Shown: positions 49,801 to 60,900 of the stretch, piece after piece
How the letters are laid out: each line of letters begins with the position of its first letter
How positions within the stretch are numbered: the stretch's first letter is position 1
Assembly: GCA_002633005.1 (NCBI GenBank)
Contig: NMRA01000050.1
Location: 1,223,395-1,287,394 of the forward strand
DNA: 64,000 nucleotides
Direction: 5' to 3'
Source of the DNA: Phoronis australis
Taxonomy: Eukaryota > Animalia > Phoronida
Notes under the pieces: model-generated
The model's input: only the letters and a program-made list of their open reading frames with translations
What the model was told of the DNA's origin: nothing
Databases searched by the model: none
Translations under genes and position numbers: made by a program

Positions 49801-52800
49801 CACAAAGTTAAATACATTCAGATGTCAACTTAACACTTTCCTATGAGAATCCANTACAATCACAGTAAAGTAACAGTACCAATAACATAGACCAACGTAT
49901 GATATAAACCTTCTAGATAAAATCTCAAAACGCTGCAAGTTTTCTAAAATACCGTTTAATTTTCGTTTCATGCTACATGAGCATTTTTTCAAAAAAAAAA
50001 TAATACATATTTTTGACAGCCCCAGATGCAAACGTAGAACATTTTAAAAACAGTTCCTAACAACTTCTTGGAGAACACTATATAAAACATGTATCTAAAA
50101 CTGTTAAATAAGTCTGATCAGATATTTTTGAGATACGATATAACTGCCAAGTTGGTCCAAGGGTCCCATATAACTTCAAATCCATGCACTTGGTGTCACT
50201 GACAACTTTTGGTCAAGTGGCACAGACTGTAAAGGTCAATAATATGTAACCAAAACTATGGACAGAGATCCAACTTGATGGTCACTAGGGGGCACATATG
50301 TTAGATTCATCTGAAAATCTAAATGTCTCATCATCTCTCTGCCAAATTTCATGAATATTCGTCGTGTTACTCAGAGATAGGCAAAGGAGCGACACCAACA
50401 ATGCCACCTGGGGGACAGCAGGCTGCAGTCATCTGTCGTCACGTTCATAGGAGTCAAATTTCAAACATCCTGCAAGGGGGTTAATAAGATACAGCTGCAG
50501 TCGCCAGAAAGATGGACAGGCAGATGTCAGACAAAGATGATGGCAATATCCCCCCACATATGCACACACAGGAGCACAAAGTTAAATACATTCAGATGTC
50601 AACTTAACACTTTCCTATGAAAATCCAAATGAAGCTTAATGTGCCTTCCTTATAATTTTCCTAGCATACAAAGCAATAAACAGTGCAAGCATCTTACAAC
50701 GTAATCTTCGTATTTTCCCTTCCAGTCGCAATGCTTGGTAGGACATTTCACGTCCAACCGATTCAAGCTTCGTCTAATGGCGTTGTCCGGAAACATCTAT
50801 AAATCAAACAACATTTGTGAAGCTCAAACTACTTATTTTTTCCAAATAGTTATATTGAGCTTTTGTCAATCAACCTTTCACTAAGACGCCAGGCACTAAT
50901 GCTCGTGGATTATTAGCAGCACATTTTAAAATAATTATCAAATTATATTGAAAAGTGGTCCTGAGTCAATAAAATTTATACAACCTCTGGCAGTACAGAA
51001 TGGTAAATAGACTTCTCAAGAGTGACAATAGGGCAATACAACATGGCCAACACTAAATGAAATGATCCTTACTGGTCTGCAAACAATTTTTGTTGGTAAA
51101 ATTATGGCAAATCTAATAAAGAAGAGCAACGCGAAGCTTTGAAATAAGCCCACGAATGCAGTGTATACGGTGTGCTTATAGGGTGTTAATTTGTGTCATA
51201 AAATGGCCTCTAGAAAGTGCAAAACATTTCAAATCCATTAAAAAATGGAAAATGTCACCATTTTTAATAAAAAGCTATTTGCCACATTTCATGAAACTTT
51301 AGCAAAACTGAAAAAACGAAATTACCACTAGGGGACAAGAGTTCATTGGATGATCGTCTGAAAGCTGTCATCCTCCGTTGTCAACGTCTTATAAATACAC
51401 TTGCTAAATTTAATAAACATTCTGCAGAGAGCTTAGGAGATACAGCCAAGGACGTAGAAAACTACCACTAGGAGGCGCCACAGTAACTGAAGCCGGAAAA
51501 TAATCGTCAAATGTCCTCTTCACACTAATAATACATAAGCCAATTTTCACAATCATCCTAAGAGTTGCTTGGTTAACAGAGGGCGGACAGCAAAAACAGA
51601 CTAGAAAACAGTAAAAATGGCCACTAAATGGTACAAAACATGTTGAATCCATCTGAAAACCGGAAAATGTCACCATTTCTTTAAAAGGAAACTATTTAAC
51701 AAATTTCATGAAAATTCCTCCAGGAACTTCAGAAAAACTGGAAAACAGAAAAAATTAAATTTACCACTAGGGGGAAGTGTTAGTCGGACCCGTCTGAAAG
51801 TCATTGTCTTTTATAGTTAACTCCAGATAAACCCATTTGCTACATTTAATAAAGATCCTGTAGAGCATTTAGGAGATACAGCCATGGACGCAAAAACAAA
51901 CAAAACTGCCACTAGGAGGCGCCACAGCAGTAGAAGTTGTTGGAAAATCATTGTCAACCATCCTCTTTATAGTAAGAACATACAAGCCAATTTTTGCAAT
52001 CATCCCTATAGTGGTATGGTTGAAAGAGGGGCGCGCACCAAAAAACGGACTCGAAAATAGTAACAATGGCCATCAGATGGCGCAAAATGCCTCGAATCCA
52101 TCCGAAAACAGGAGGATAGCATCACCTCATTAATAGATGCATATGTACCAAATTTCATGAAAATCGGTTGAGGACCTTTGAAGATACAGATGCAAACGTA
52201 AAAAACTAAAATTGCCACTAGGGGGCACAGTGGTATTCGGATCCATCTGAAACTCTTCGCTCTCTGTCGTCAACCCCATAGAAACACACCCGCCAAGTTT
52301 CAATATGATCCTGCAAGGGGTGTAGGAGATATAGCCACGGACGCCGGATGCCCAGACAGAGATGACAGCAATATGCACCCACATATAAATATGTGGGCGC
52401 ATCAAAATGGGGATGACAGTGAATCCAATGTAATAGTTTTGAACTACAGCAATATATTACTGACTGAAAGTGTTCAGTACAGCATAGGTTGGCAGGTGAT
52501 AAAACATCAGTTCTGTTGGGTGGCATTGTTTGCTAAGGAAAGAGCTGCATTGTGTAAAGTCAACACATTGTAAATAATTACTTAGTGTCTAGTGATGGGT
52601 GAAGCGTGCGACCTGTTTAGATTTTCAGATGTGGAGAACACTGATTATTATAACTCAATAAATTTCTAATGACTAAGAACTTTTCAAACTAATTATCAAA
52701 TAATTAAAATGCAATCAAACTTCTACCATCCTACACAAAATATAGAAAACATCTGTCCTGTTGTGTGGCATTGTTTGTTAAGGAAAGAGCTACATTGTGA

Positions 52801-55800
52801 AGTCAACACATTACACATAGCCATTACTTAGTATCTGCTGATGCCTGAAGTCACATTACCGTTTCCATAGACAAGACACTAGCCTCATCCTCTATGTCTT
52901 CCTTCGCACATATGGGGCAATGTGTTGAACTGAAAAAAGATAAAAGTATTAGTAGTAAACATGAAATTATCAAAATATTATTAACTAAGTGTCGCTAGTG
53001 CGGTGAGGGTTCCACCACAGGGTTCTCNATCAAAATATTATTAACTAAGTGTCGCTAGTGCGGTGAGGGTTCCATCACAGGGTTCTCCACAACCTGTTTT
53101 GACTCGTCACAGCATCCAATTTCCTCTTAAAGAAGGGGAAGGACAGGCACAGCAAGAGCAGCTATCACCCCATCAGCGTTCTTAGCTGTCCAGGCAAACT
53201 CATGGAACGCATGGTCAGCAAACGTCAGCAATATCACCTAGAAAAGAACAGGCTTATTAACCCCAACCCAGTTAGGGTTCAGAAAGAACAGCAGCACAGA
53301 GGATCAGATCACACTGCTCAACCAAGATATAGAAAATGGCTTTCAACAGAAAATAAAGACACTAGCCGTCTTTGTTGACCTAACTAAAGCCTTCGATAAG
53401 GTCTGGAAGGAAGGCTTACTCCTCAAGCTCCTCCAAAAACAAGTAGGTGGCAAAATATATGCGTGGATTAACAGTTACCTCCTCCACACATATGCGCGCG
53501 TAAAGCTGGAAGGACAGACAAGCAAGCTGATTAGGACTAGGGAAGGAGTACCCCAGGGCAGCATGATATCGCCAACACTCTTTGTTGTCTTCATTGATGA
53601 CATTGCTGATCACCTGCCTATGTACATTTCAAGGACTCTCCATGCAGATGACCTGGCTGTACGGACAAAAGCAGAATACATCACCACAGCAGCTTACAGA
53701 ATGCAGGGAGCCATGGTCATCATCCTAAACTGGACAAAAGAGTGGATGGTCACGATCAACAGGACCAAGACCTAGGCCACGTGCTTTTCCCTTTCTCCCA
53801 AAAAAAGAGTTCTTGCTCCAGCAAGAAGGCCAGAATATTCCCCACCAAGAAATCCCATCCTACCTTGGGGTTAAATTGGACAAGAGGCTTACATGGTCCC
53901 CTCACATTGCTGCCATGAGCAGCAAAGCTACTAAGACAATTGCTGTGATGAAGAAACTTGCTGGTACCAGTTGGGGTGCAAACATGAAGATCTTGACCCA
54001 ACTTTACACGGGATCTGTCAGACCCCAGGTGGAGTACGCCTCTAACAGATGGTCTACAGCTGCCAAAACCAACACAGACAACTTAGGCAGGGTCCAGAAT
54101 ACTGCGTTTAATTACAGGAGGCATGAAGACCACCCCCATCATGGAAATGGAGAAGAAGGCAGGCTTAAGCTCATTGGAAGTAAGACGGGATGAGAAACTC
54201 CTGAGACGGGGGAAAAAATGAAGCGGCTTCACATCACATCCACTGCACTCCAACCCCGACCAAAAACTGCATCAAGAGGCAGAGTCCAAGCCTCCTCATC
54301 AAGGCACTTCAGCAGAAACATCAACCTCTGCTATCCTCAATCAACCAACCTCTAAAAATGCTCCAAGACTTTGAAGAATGGTCCCTGGACGTTCCCCACA
54401 TCATTCTCGACATCCCTGGGATTGAAGCAAAGCATACACAACTGGAGGCAGTCCTGAAGGCCCTCACCCTAGAAACCCTAGACAGAGACTACCCTACCAC
54501 CACCTGGACCCGAGTTTATACAGATGGCTCTGCAGAGAATGCTCTCAGAAAATACCCAGACGGCAGCACTCTGCGCAAGTCCATTGCCACGGGTCTTCAG
54601 TCCACCAACTACAGAGCTGAGGCAAATGCCCAATACCTCGCAGNTGAAGGCCCTCACCCTAGAAACCCTAGACAGAGACTACCCTACCACCACCTGGACC
54701 CGAATTTATACAGATGGCTCAGCAGAGAATGCTGTCAAAAATGGGGGAGGTGGGGTATTCATCAAATACCCAGACGGCAGCACTCTGCGCAAGTCCATTG
54801 CCACGGGTCTTCAGTCCACCAACTACAGAGCTGGGGCAAATGCCCTATACCTCGCAGCCTAGATACTCAACCAGCAAACGATGTTCCCGGATCAGACAGT
54901 ATTCCTCACAGACTGCCCAATCTCTTCTGCAGAGCCTCCAGACAACAGAGAGAGACCAGATCGTGCAATCCATCAAACAAGAGATGCACATTCTCAGCAG
55001 CAAAACCACTGTTGTGCTGCTATGGATTCCCTACCACTGCGGCATCAGCGGCAACGAGGAAGCAGACAGACTCTCCAAGGCAGGAAGCAAACTGGAGCAG
55101 ACGTCGCACCCATCATGATATGGAGAAATAAAAACTCTCTTACGAAGTCACTTTAGAAATGCCTGGAGGGGACGCATACGTTTGAGGACTGCAGACTATA
55201 TCCACCAGCTTGACCGGCAGGAACAAGTCACTATCTTCAGGCTAAGAACCGGCCACTGCCAGCTGCTCTCCAACATGCATTGCCTGAAAATCTCTCACAC
55301 AGATGAGTGCCCCTGTGGCACTGGCCCCCAGACACCTGAGCATTTACTGCGGAGCTGCCCTACGTTCCGATTCCCTAAGGCGCCAGACATGGCCCAGTCC
55401 GGTGGAACTCAAGGTAAAACTGTGGGGCCTGACGGCATCATTGCGACAAACTGCAGACTTCGTCCAAAAGACCAGACTGACTCTCTAAGCTACATGGCAG
55501 GGAACGCTGAAGAGGAATAATTCTGACAAGTTTGACTGACTTGCGATGAGTTTAAAAACTTATGGTACCTACTAAACACACATACTCCCATCAGTTTCCC
55601 CAGTTTCAACTACATGTCTAAACACAACTGGGACAGGGCAGAAAGTGGTCATCTTTCAATGCGCTTGTACAATACCGTATTTACGGGTGCTTCGCAGGCA
55701 TTCTTAAGGTTTAGAAATTTGCGATTGTTTATGCGAGCATGTGCAGACAGTTTGCGATCTAATATTGTGTAAATGCGACTATGAAGAGGAACAAGTCGCA

Positions 55801-57031
55801 ACGTGACAACTCGAACCGTGACAACTCTTCCCCCTGCAAAAACAACTATAAAGTGTGCTGCGTATAATTAGCCTAGTACTCTCATATATTAAGAAAGTGT
55901 TGCAGTGCCCTGGCCAAGTGTTGGAATAGTCGTAAATGGAGCCAGTGTACCCGAGGCTGAGCTGGTATGGAACAACACCTCAACATGGTATATAATTTTC
56001 ACTTTTTGGCAGAGGCAATGTCTTACTATAATAGAAGAATTAATAACAAGCTGTTGTCATCCAAATTATATATATGTATACCTATATGATATATGGGCAC
56101 ATAAAATTTGCGAATAATGAAAATAGGTGGTCCCAACTTCAATTTATTTTGTTTAGCTGTCTGAATGTTATTGGGCCTCAAAGTTAGACGAAAACAAAAA
56201 TAAGAAAAACAAAAAACGCAGAACAGCACTCTGTGGTATCCACGGGAAGATAAAAAGGCCACATAATGATAAATGTGTTTTAGAGCAATAATGTATAATT
56301 TGACAAGATTCAAAGTTCTGTAGTGCTTGCCGTAGATGCGGCTAAAAAATTTCTGATGAAGGCCAAAGGCTTGTTGAAAGGAGATCACCTATTGAGAAAA
56401 TTTCCCAGAATACCAATATGCAGCTAATAAATTAAATACACATGCAATACTGTGGGCTAGATGCCTACTAGATCAAAACATTCCAGGACCATCGTTCCAT
56501 ATTCACGTTAAAGATTTGCATCATGTCTTTAGCAAAGACATCATGTTATCACGATTTTTGCCAGTCAGAAAGCTGTTTTGTGCCATTCAAAAATTGACAT
56601 GCAACCATTAACATTCACAGGTTAATTCGACTACTGATGGTTTAACAAGTTTGGAGTAAAGAGCAAAACTGTAGCCAAGTTATGAATTCCAACTTTTCAC
56701 ATTCGGAAAGACAATCACACGGCTGCTCCTAACAAACACTCTCTGACAAATAGCTAAACACTGACAACAGGTGGTATTGTACATGCACAAAAGTAAAAAA
56801 TCAACAACCCAAAAATGAACAAAAGTTAAATCATTCAATTCCCACAAAAACTCACCTTTGAAAGTTCTCAACGCATCTCTTGCAGTAGCGATGGCCACAA
56901 AAGCTCTGCATAGGTTCACGAAGGACATGACGACAATGGCTACACAGGTACTTGTTGTCGATTTTCTGAATGAAAATGTGGGGCGGGAATCCCTTCCGTG
57001 CTGCCTTGTAATTGGACGGCAAGACAGCCAT
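40891..57031 (-). CDS. TRAF2: TNF receptor-associated factor, TRAF2-like (RING, TRAF zinc fingers, coiled coil, start of MATH domain only)
   Basis: Exons 57031-56856, 52929-52860, 50796-50698, 48722-48489, 47913-47722, 47293-47185, 46303-46125 (GC donor), 40972-40891; phases consistent. KYLCSHCRHVLREPMQSFCGHRYCKRC..CPIC, FPDNAIRR..L.VKCP..CDWKG, HLEVCPK, ERELALKDITLAEL and SYDGVLVWKITDFSKKRAEAVAG all track TRAF2. Confidence 0.9.
41400..42295 (+). mobile_element. Degenerate L1/Tx1-like LINE ORF2 fragment in a TRAF intron
   Basis: SKYFLNFEKRN, KAPxNDGLGYEFYKTFWNLV, LDFKKAYDSV and RQGD motifs scattered across frames with stops. Confidence 0.85.
42312..43483. mobile_element. Putative non-autonomous DNA transposon
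   Basis: 11-bp TIR tgacctatcgc / gcgataggtca; it begins exactly where the L1/Tx1 similarity ends. Confidence 0.45.
44095..45822. mobile_element. Non-autonomous Tc1/mariner-superfamily (Tc2/pogo-like) element
   Basis: Perfect 24-bp TIR ccgtaatcgttcgggttaacgccc; TA on both sides; arrays of gggcggttaa subterminal repeats at both ends. Confidence 0.85.
48001..48240. repeat. GC-rich minisatellite, 28-34-bp units (ctgtcccaccccgtagtgccacgcgcact)
   Basis: Directly visible, degrading leftward; it lies in the TRAF intron between 47913 and 48489. Confidence 0.85.
51118..52395. repeat. Dispersed element with internal degenerate ~145-bp tandem monomers
   Basis: Recurrent ccactag(g/a)(g/t)ggc, ccatctgaaa and aaatttcatgaaa motifs; related arrays at about 49450-49800 and 57150-58260. 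Confidence 0.7.
53100..55520 (+). mobile_element. 5'-truncated, frameshifted LINE with RT, RNase H and CCHC (I-group-like), antisense in a TRAF intron
   Basis: VDLTKAFDKVW, GVPQGSMISPTLF, HADDLA, YLGVKLDKRLTW, YTDGSA, WIPYHCGISGNEEADRL, RLRTGHC, CPCGTGPQTPEHLLRSC; ends in a short GAA-rich tail near 55509-55520. Confidence 0.92.
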
Positions 57032-57149
57032 CTGCTTTTTGTTGATTTCACAAGGACAGAATTTGGTAACTTTGCTGAATTCCTACAAAAACACAACACA
57101 AATCTTTCAAATGGCACAACTGATACAAGTGTGAAATACAAGAGCAACA

Positions 57150-58260
57150 GAAAATAACCATTAGATGGCGTAAAACGTACGATCCATCCAAAAACAGGAA
57201 CGTGCCAGATTTCATAAAAATCTGTCAAGGAACTTGAGAGAAACAAAGGAAAACAGAATAAAATGAAATTCCAACTTGTGGGCACAGCGTCCGTTGGATC
57301 CACCTGAAAGTCATCATCTGTTATCTTCATACAAATTCACTTACTAAATTCAATAAAGATCCTGCAGTGGGTTTTGGAAATACAGCTATGGACGAAAAAC
57401 AAAACAAAACTACCACAAGGATATGCCACAGTATTCAGTCACCATCATCAAACATCCTCACACTGAAAACAAATACGACTAAATTTTCAAAACCATGCCT
57501 AGAATGATTTGATTGATCGAGGGGTGGACGCCAAAAACAAGATTTGAAAACAGCAAAAATGGCCACTAGGTGGCGCAAAATACCTCGATTCCATCCAAAA
57601 ACAGGATGATAGCGTCATTTCACCAATAGATACCTATATTCACAATTTTATGAAAATCTATTGAGAACCTTTGAAGATACAGACTGATAAACGTAAAAAA
57701 ACTAAAATTGCCACTAGGGGGCACACCAATAGTCAGATCCGTCCCAAAGTCGTCGCATTTGCTAAATTAAGTAAAGATCCTGCAAACATGCAAACATTTT
57801 CAGAGATACAGCCATGGGCGCAAAAACAAACAAACAGCCACTAGTACTGAGTAGGCGCCACAGTAGTCAAACTCGTCGGAAAATCATCGTCAGCTGTCCA
57901 CTTCCTAGTAAAAACATACACGCCAATTTTCATACTTATCCTGAAAGTGGTTTAGTTGTTGATAGACGAGTGGACGCCAAAAAACTGACTCGAAAACAAC
58001 AAAAATGGCCAATAGGTGGTGCAAACTAGGTTAAATCCATCTGAAAACTGAGAAATAGCGTCACCTAATTAAAGATGCCTGTATGCCAAATTCTATGAAA
58101 ATAATTTGAGGACCTTAATTGAACATACAGGGGTATACATAACAAAATTAAAATTGCCACTAGGTGGCACACCTGTCGTCAGATCCGTCCCAAAGTCATC
58201 GTCGTCTATTGCCAACATCATATAAATACACTTACTAAATTTAGTAAAGATCCTTCAAAC
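57150..58260. repeat. Second array of the ~145-bp monomer repeat family
   Basis: Colinear with 51600-52330; same recurrent motifs. Confidence 0.7.
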
Positions 58261-58330
58261 GGTTCGGCCAGTGTTTAAGTATTATAAATTAAGAGTTTCC
58301 TGTGATGAACGGTACCACACTTTCACTTAC

Positions 58331-58530
58331 CTGATGACGTCAACAGTCACGTGATTTACAATTCGTCCTGGTCTTCGTTCTGGTTTACCCACGTACGACC
58401 TTGACCTTAACCTACGGTGTTAGATGGTTTGATGCACTGCAAGAGACAAAACGCAACCCTCTAAGTAACGAACGAAAAACAAGTCTAAACCGGTTCGTAT
58501 CGCGAATACCAGCGCGTTATCGGTCAGCAT
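58331..58530 (-). promoter_or_regulatory. Probable non-coding first exon / promoter of the TRAF gene
   Basis: Strong donor CAG|gtaagt at 58331/58330 in a CpG-rich stretch with a TGACGTCA site; the ATG exon has a good acceptor at 57083-57084. Confidence 0.5.
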
Positions 58531-59310
58531 TTAAGTATAACTAAAACAAGAGTTTCCTGTGATCACAGGCACCTTTAATTAGCTCTCTACAATATAACAT
58601 AATAAAGAGAAAGGTACACAACTGACATTCAATATGGCCGTGTTGTGACTCCATACACAGGTTCTCGTGCAGCTTACCTCTACTCATATGAAAGCTTGAA
58701 TACACGCTTGAGATGACGACCCACAAATGCAGACGTCCTGCGTGCAGCAGAGCCACATGTAGAGAGAGCTCTTTTGATTCCCCAGTCACGTGACAAAACT
58801 AGAACTTACAACATCCGGCCACTTACGGAAACCCACAGACGAACACGAACACACAAGACAACACGAAAGACGAGACCACACAAACCAACATTCACAACAT
58901 TCCTCCCCTCCCTAAATAGAAGAATGATAAAAAAACGCCACCCAACCTTTACTCCCTCCTTAACTAATGAAATAGTAAAAAATAAACTGACCAATGTCTA
59001 ATATACATTATGAAAAATTAAGAACTATACTACAAAAAATACTAGAGTAACTAAAACCTATGTGGCCGGATTTACAATAGAAAAAAAAACTAAATACTTC
59101 ACAAAAGTACGTGACTGAGGATACGAAAAATTGAAAAATACTAGTTACAAGGTACATATGGTCAAAAAAAATTAAACTTGTGACAAGAAGAATTTACTGT
59201 ACTATATATTTAAAAAAAACTATTAACATTTGGACCATATGAACAAGTAATGAACACAGAACATGTAGTGCACAAAACAACAAGCAACAGCAAGGTAGCA
59301 CAGTAAGCTA

Positions 59311-60900
59311 CTACAGAAAATTAACAGATGGTGGACAGAACATGAGGTCTGCCGGTTGCGTGACCTCACGATTAATAATGACAGAAAAATCAGGATCTGC
59401 GGACTGTTTAGCTGAAATATTTAAAACATTCGGAGATGTTGTATTGTTATAAATAAAACAGCCATCAGGTTTCAGATCAAACTTTTCATTATCTGCACCA
59501 TCTGAAGCAAAAATGCTGGACAGACCAAAATCTGTCTCGTCAAGGTCACATGGAGAAAGTGACTGAGTAGCCAGTGTAGGGTTGGAGTCAGGATTCGTAA
59601 TCACTTGCCTAGTTCCAACACATTTGTCTACTTTGGGAAGAAATGCAAGTGCACTCTTCTTAATCTTTATGGTCTCTGGAACGGACTCACCAATTGACGC
59701 TGCAGGAGAGACACAGACGTTCCTACTCACTGCCACATCTCGTATGAAATCAGGCTGAGACAGCCCCCCTGCAGTTAGTGGGACATTTTGTGAAACAGTA
59801 ACTGCAACATCTTGAGTAATCAATGAGTCATATGCAATATTATCAACTGATGAGTCTGGAACTTCAATACTATCTACTGGATTAGATACAGTACTATCAT
59901 CTTCAGTTGAAGGTACAGAGAACTCACCAGCAGTCTGAGTAGATGACTCAGCTGTCTTGGAAAGGAAATCCTCAGTCGAACCAGTATGTTTCATGAATTT
60001 CTGAACCGATTTTTTCAAGAAACCTAACAGGCCAACTACTTTTTTACCGTCAGGGAGGTCAAAGTTCATTCGACGAGCTGAAACAGAATTCCAACAAGCT
60101 GACTGATAATGACCCAGCTTTCCACACCTGAAACACCTGCGAGGAGGATTAGAAGATCTTCCCAGAGATGAACTCGGTGAAACTCTTGGTGAAAATGGAG
60201 AAGATCGCTTCGGCGACTGTGTCTGCAACATCGCAAACAACTTGTTAAAATTGTTTGATACTTCCCTCCGATGTTCTAAAAGGTCAGACTTTAACTCATC
60301 CATCTTCTTATGAAGCTTAGCATAGTCAGTCATAAGGAATGAAACCGACGCATCTAAGTCATTGCACCTACCCTCAAGAACATCTAATCGAGACTCTAAG
60401 GAGACACGAGGAATGAACTTAAGAGCTGGCTTCTTGGTTACTTGGCGAACAACAACTTCATCTCCTTCCATATTCCCCTCTCTACAAAAAGATACCGAAT
60501 TAGGTGAATTGGAAGTAGCCATCAAGTCTTTGGTTGTTGAAAACCACCTAGTGGCATTCAAGGCAGCCATGAGTGTACTTGGTAGACTGTTTATAGCCAA
60601 CTGCGCAACCTCTCCTGTAGACCTAAACAGAACCGAAGAACCGCCTGAGCTTCATCAGAGTCCCTCGCCTCTGGAAAGGCCAACAAGAATAAACTTGTAA
60701 GACGGTCGGTCAGCCCATTGTTCTAAGGACTCGTCAGAAGTTTGCTTGGCTGACTGGAACCTAAGTTGGTGCACTTCATTGCACTCGACATCTGCCCCGA
60801 CACGATAGGTCATATGATCCACAATTTGGTCGAAACTTGAGTGTGGATGAGCTTTAATATGGTTGAAAAACCAACGAGAGGCATCACCTTCCAAGCACGT
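59311..60900 (-). mobile_element. Retrotransposon gag-like coding region (frameshifted) with CCHC zinc knuckle; no pol seen
   Basis: 60655-60894 LEGDASRWF...FQSAKQTSDESLEQWADR (gag capsid-like); 59311-60600 coiled coil then CFRCGKLGHYQSAC (CX2CX4HX4C). Confidence 0.8.

Noticed and set aside
49079-50627. About 775-bp near-identical tandem duplication
   Set aside because: The two copies meet exactly at a single N (49854); most likely unmerged contig or haplotype overlap.
52969-53087. 59-bp tandem duplication
   Set aside because: Junction is a single N (53028); probable assembly artefact.
54455-54860. Duplicated RNase H segment in the LINE
   Set aside because: Junction is a single N (54644); probable assembly artefact rather than a double RNase H.
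56350-56390. Additional hammerhead-like ctgatga...gaaa (also about 22552-22580)
   Set aside because: Stems and the NUH cleavage site are not properly formed.
56680-57330. 216-aa ORF
   Set aside because: Wrong frame over the TRAF RING exon plus repeat sequence; the real frame starts at ATG 57031.
58263-58573. Imperfect ~55-bp direct repeats (core aagagtttcctgtgat) as LTRs or TSD of the gag element
   Set aside because: No matching partner on the other side of gag, and no PBS/PPT; more likely two repeat-element termini.
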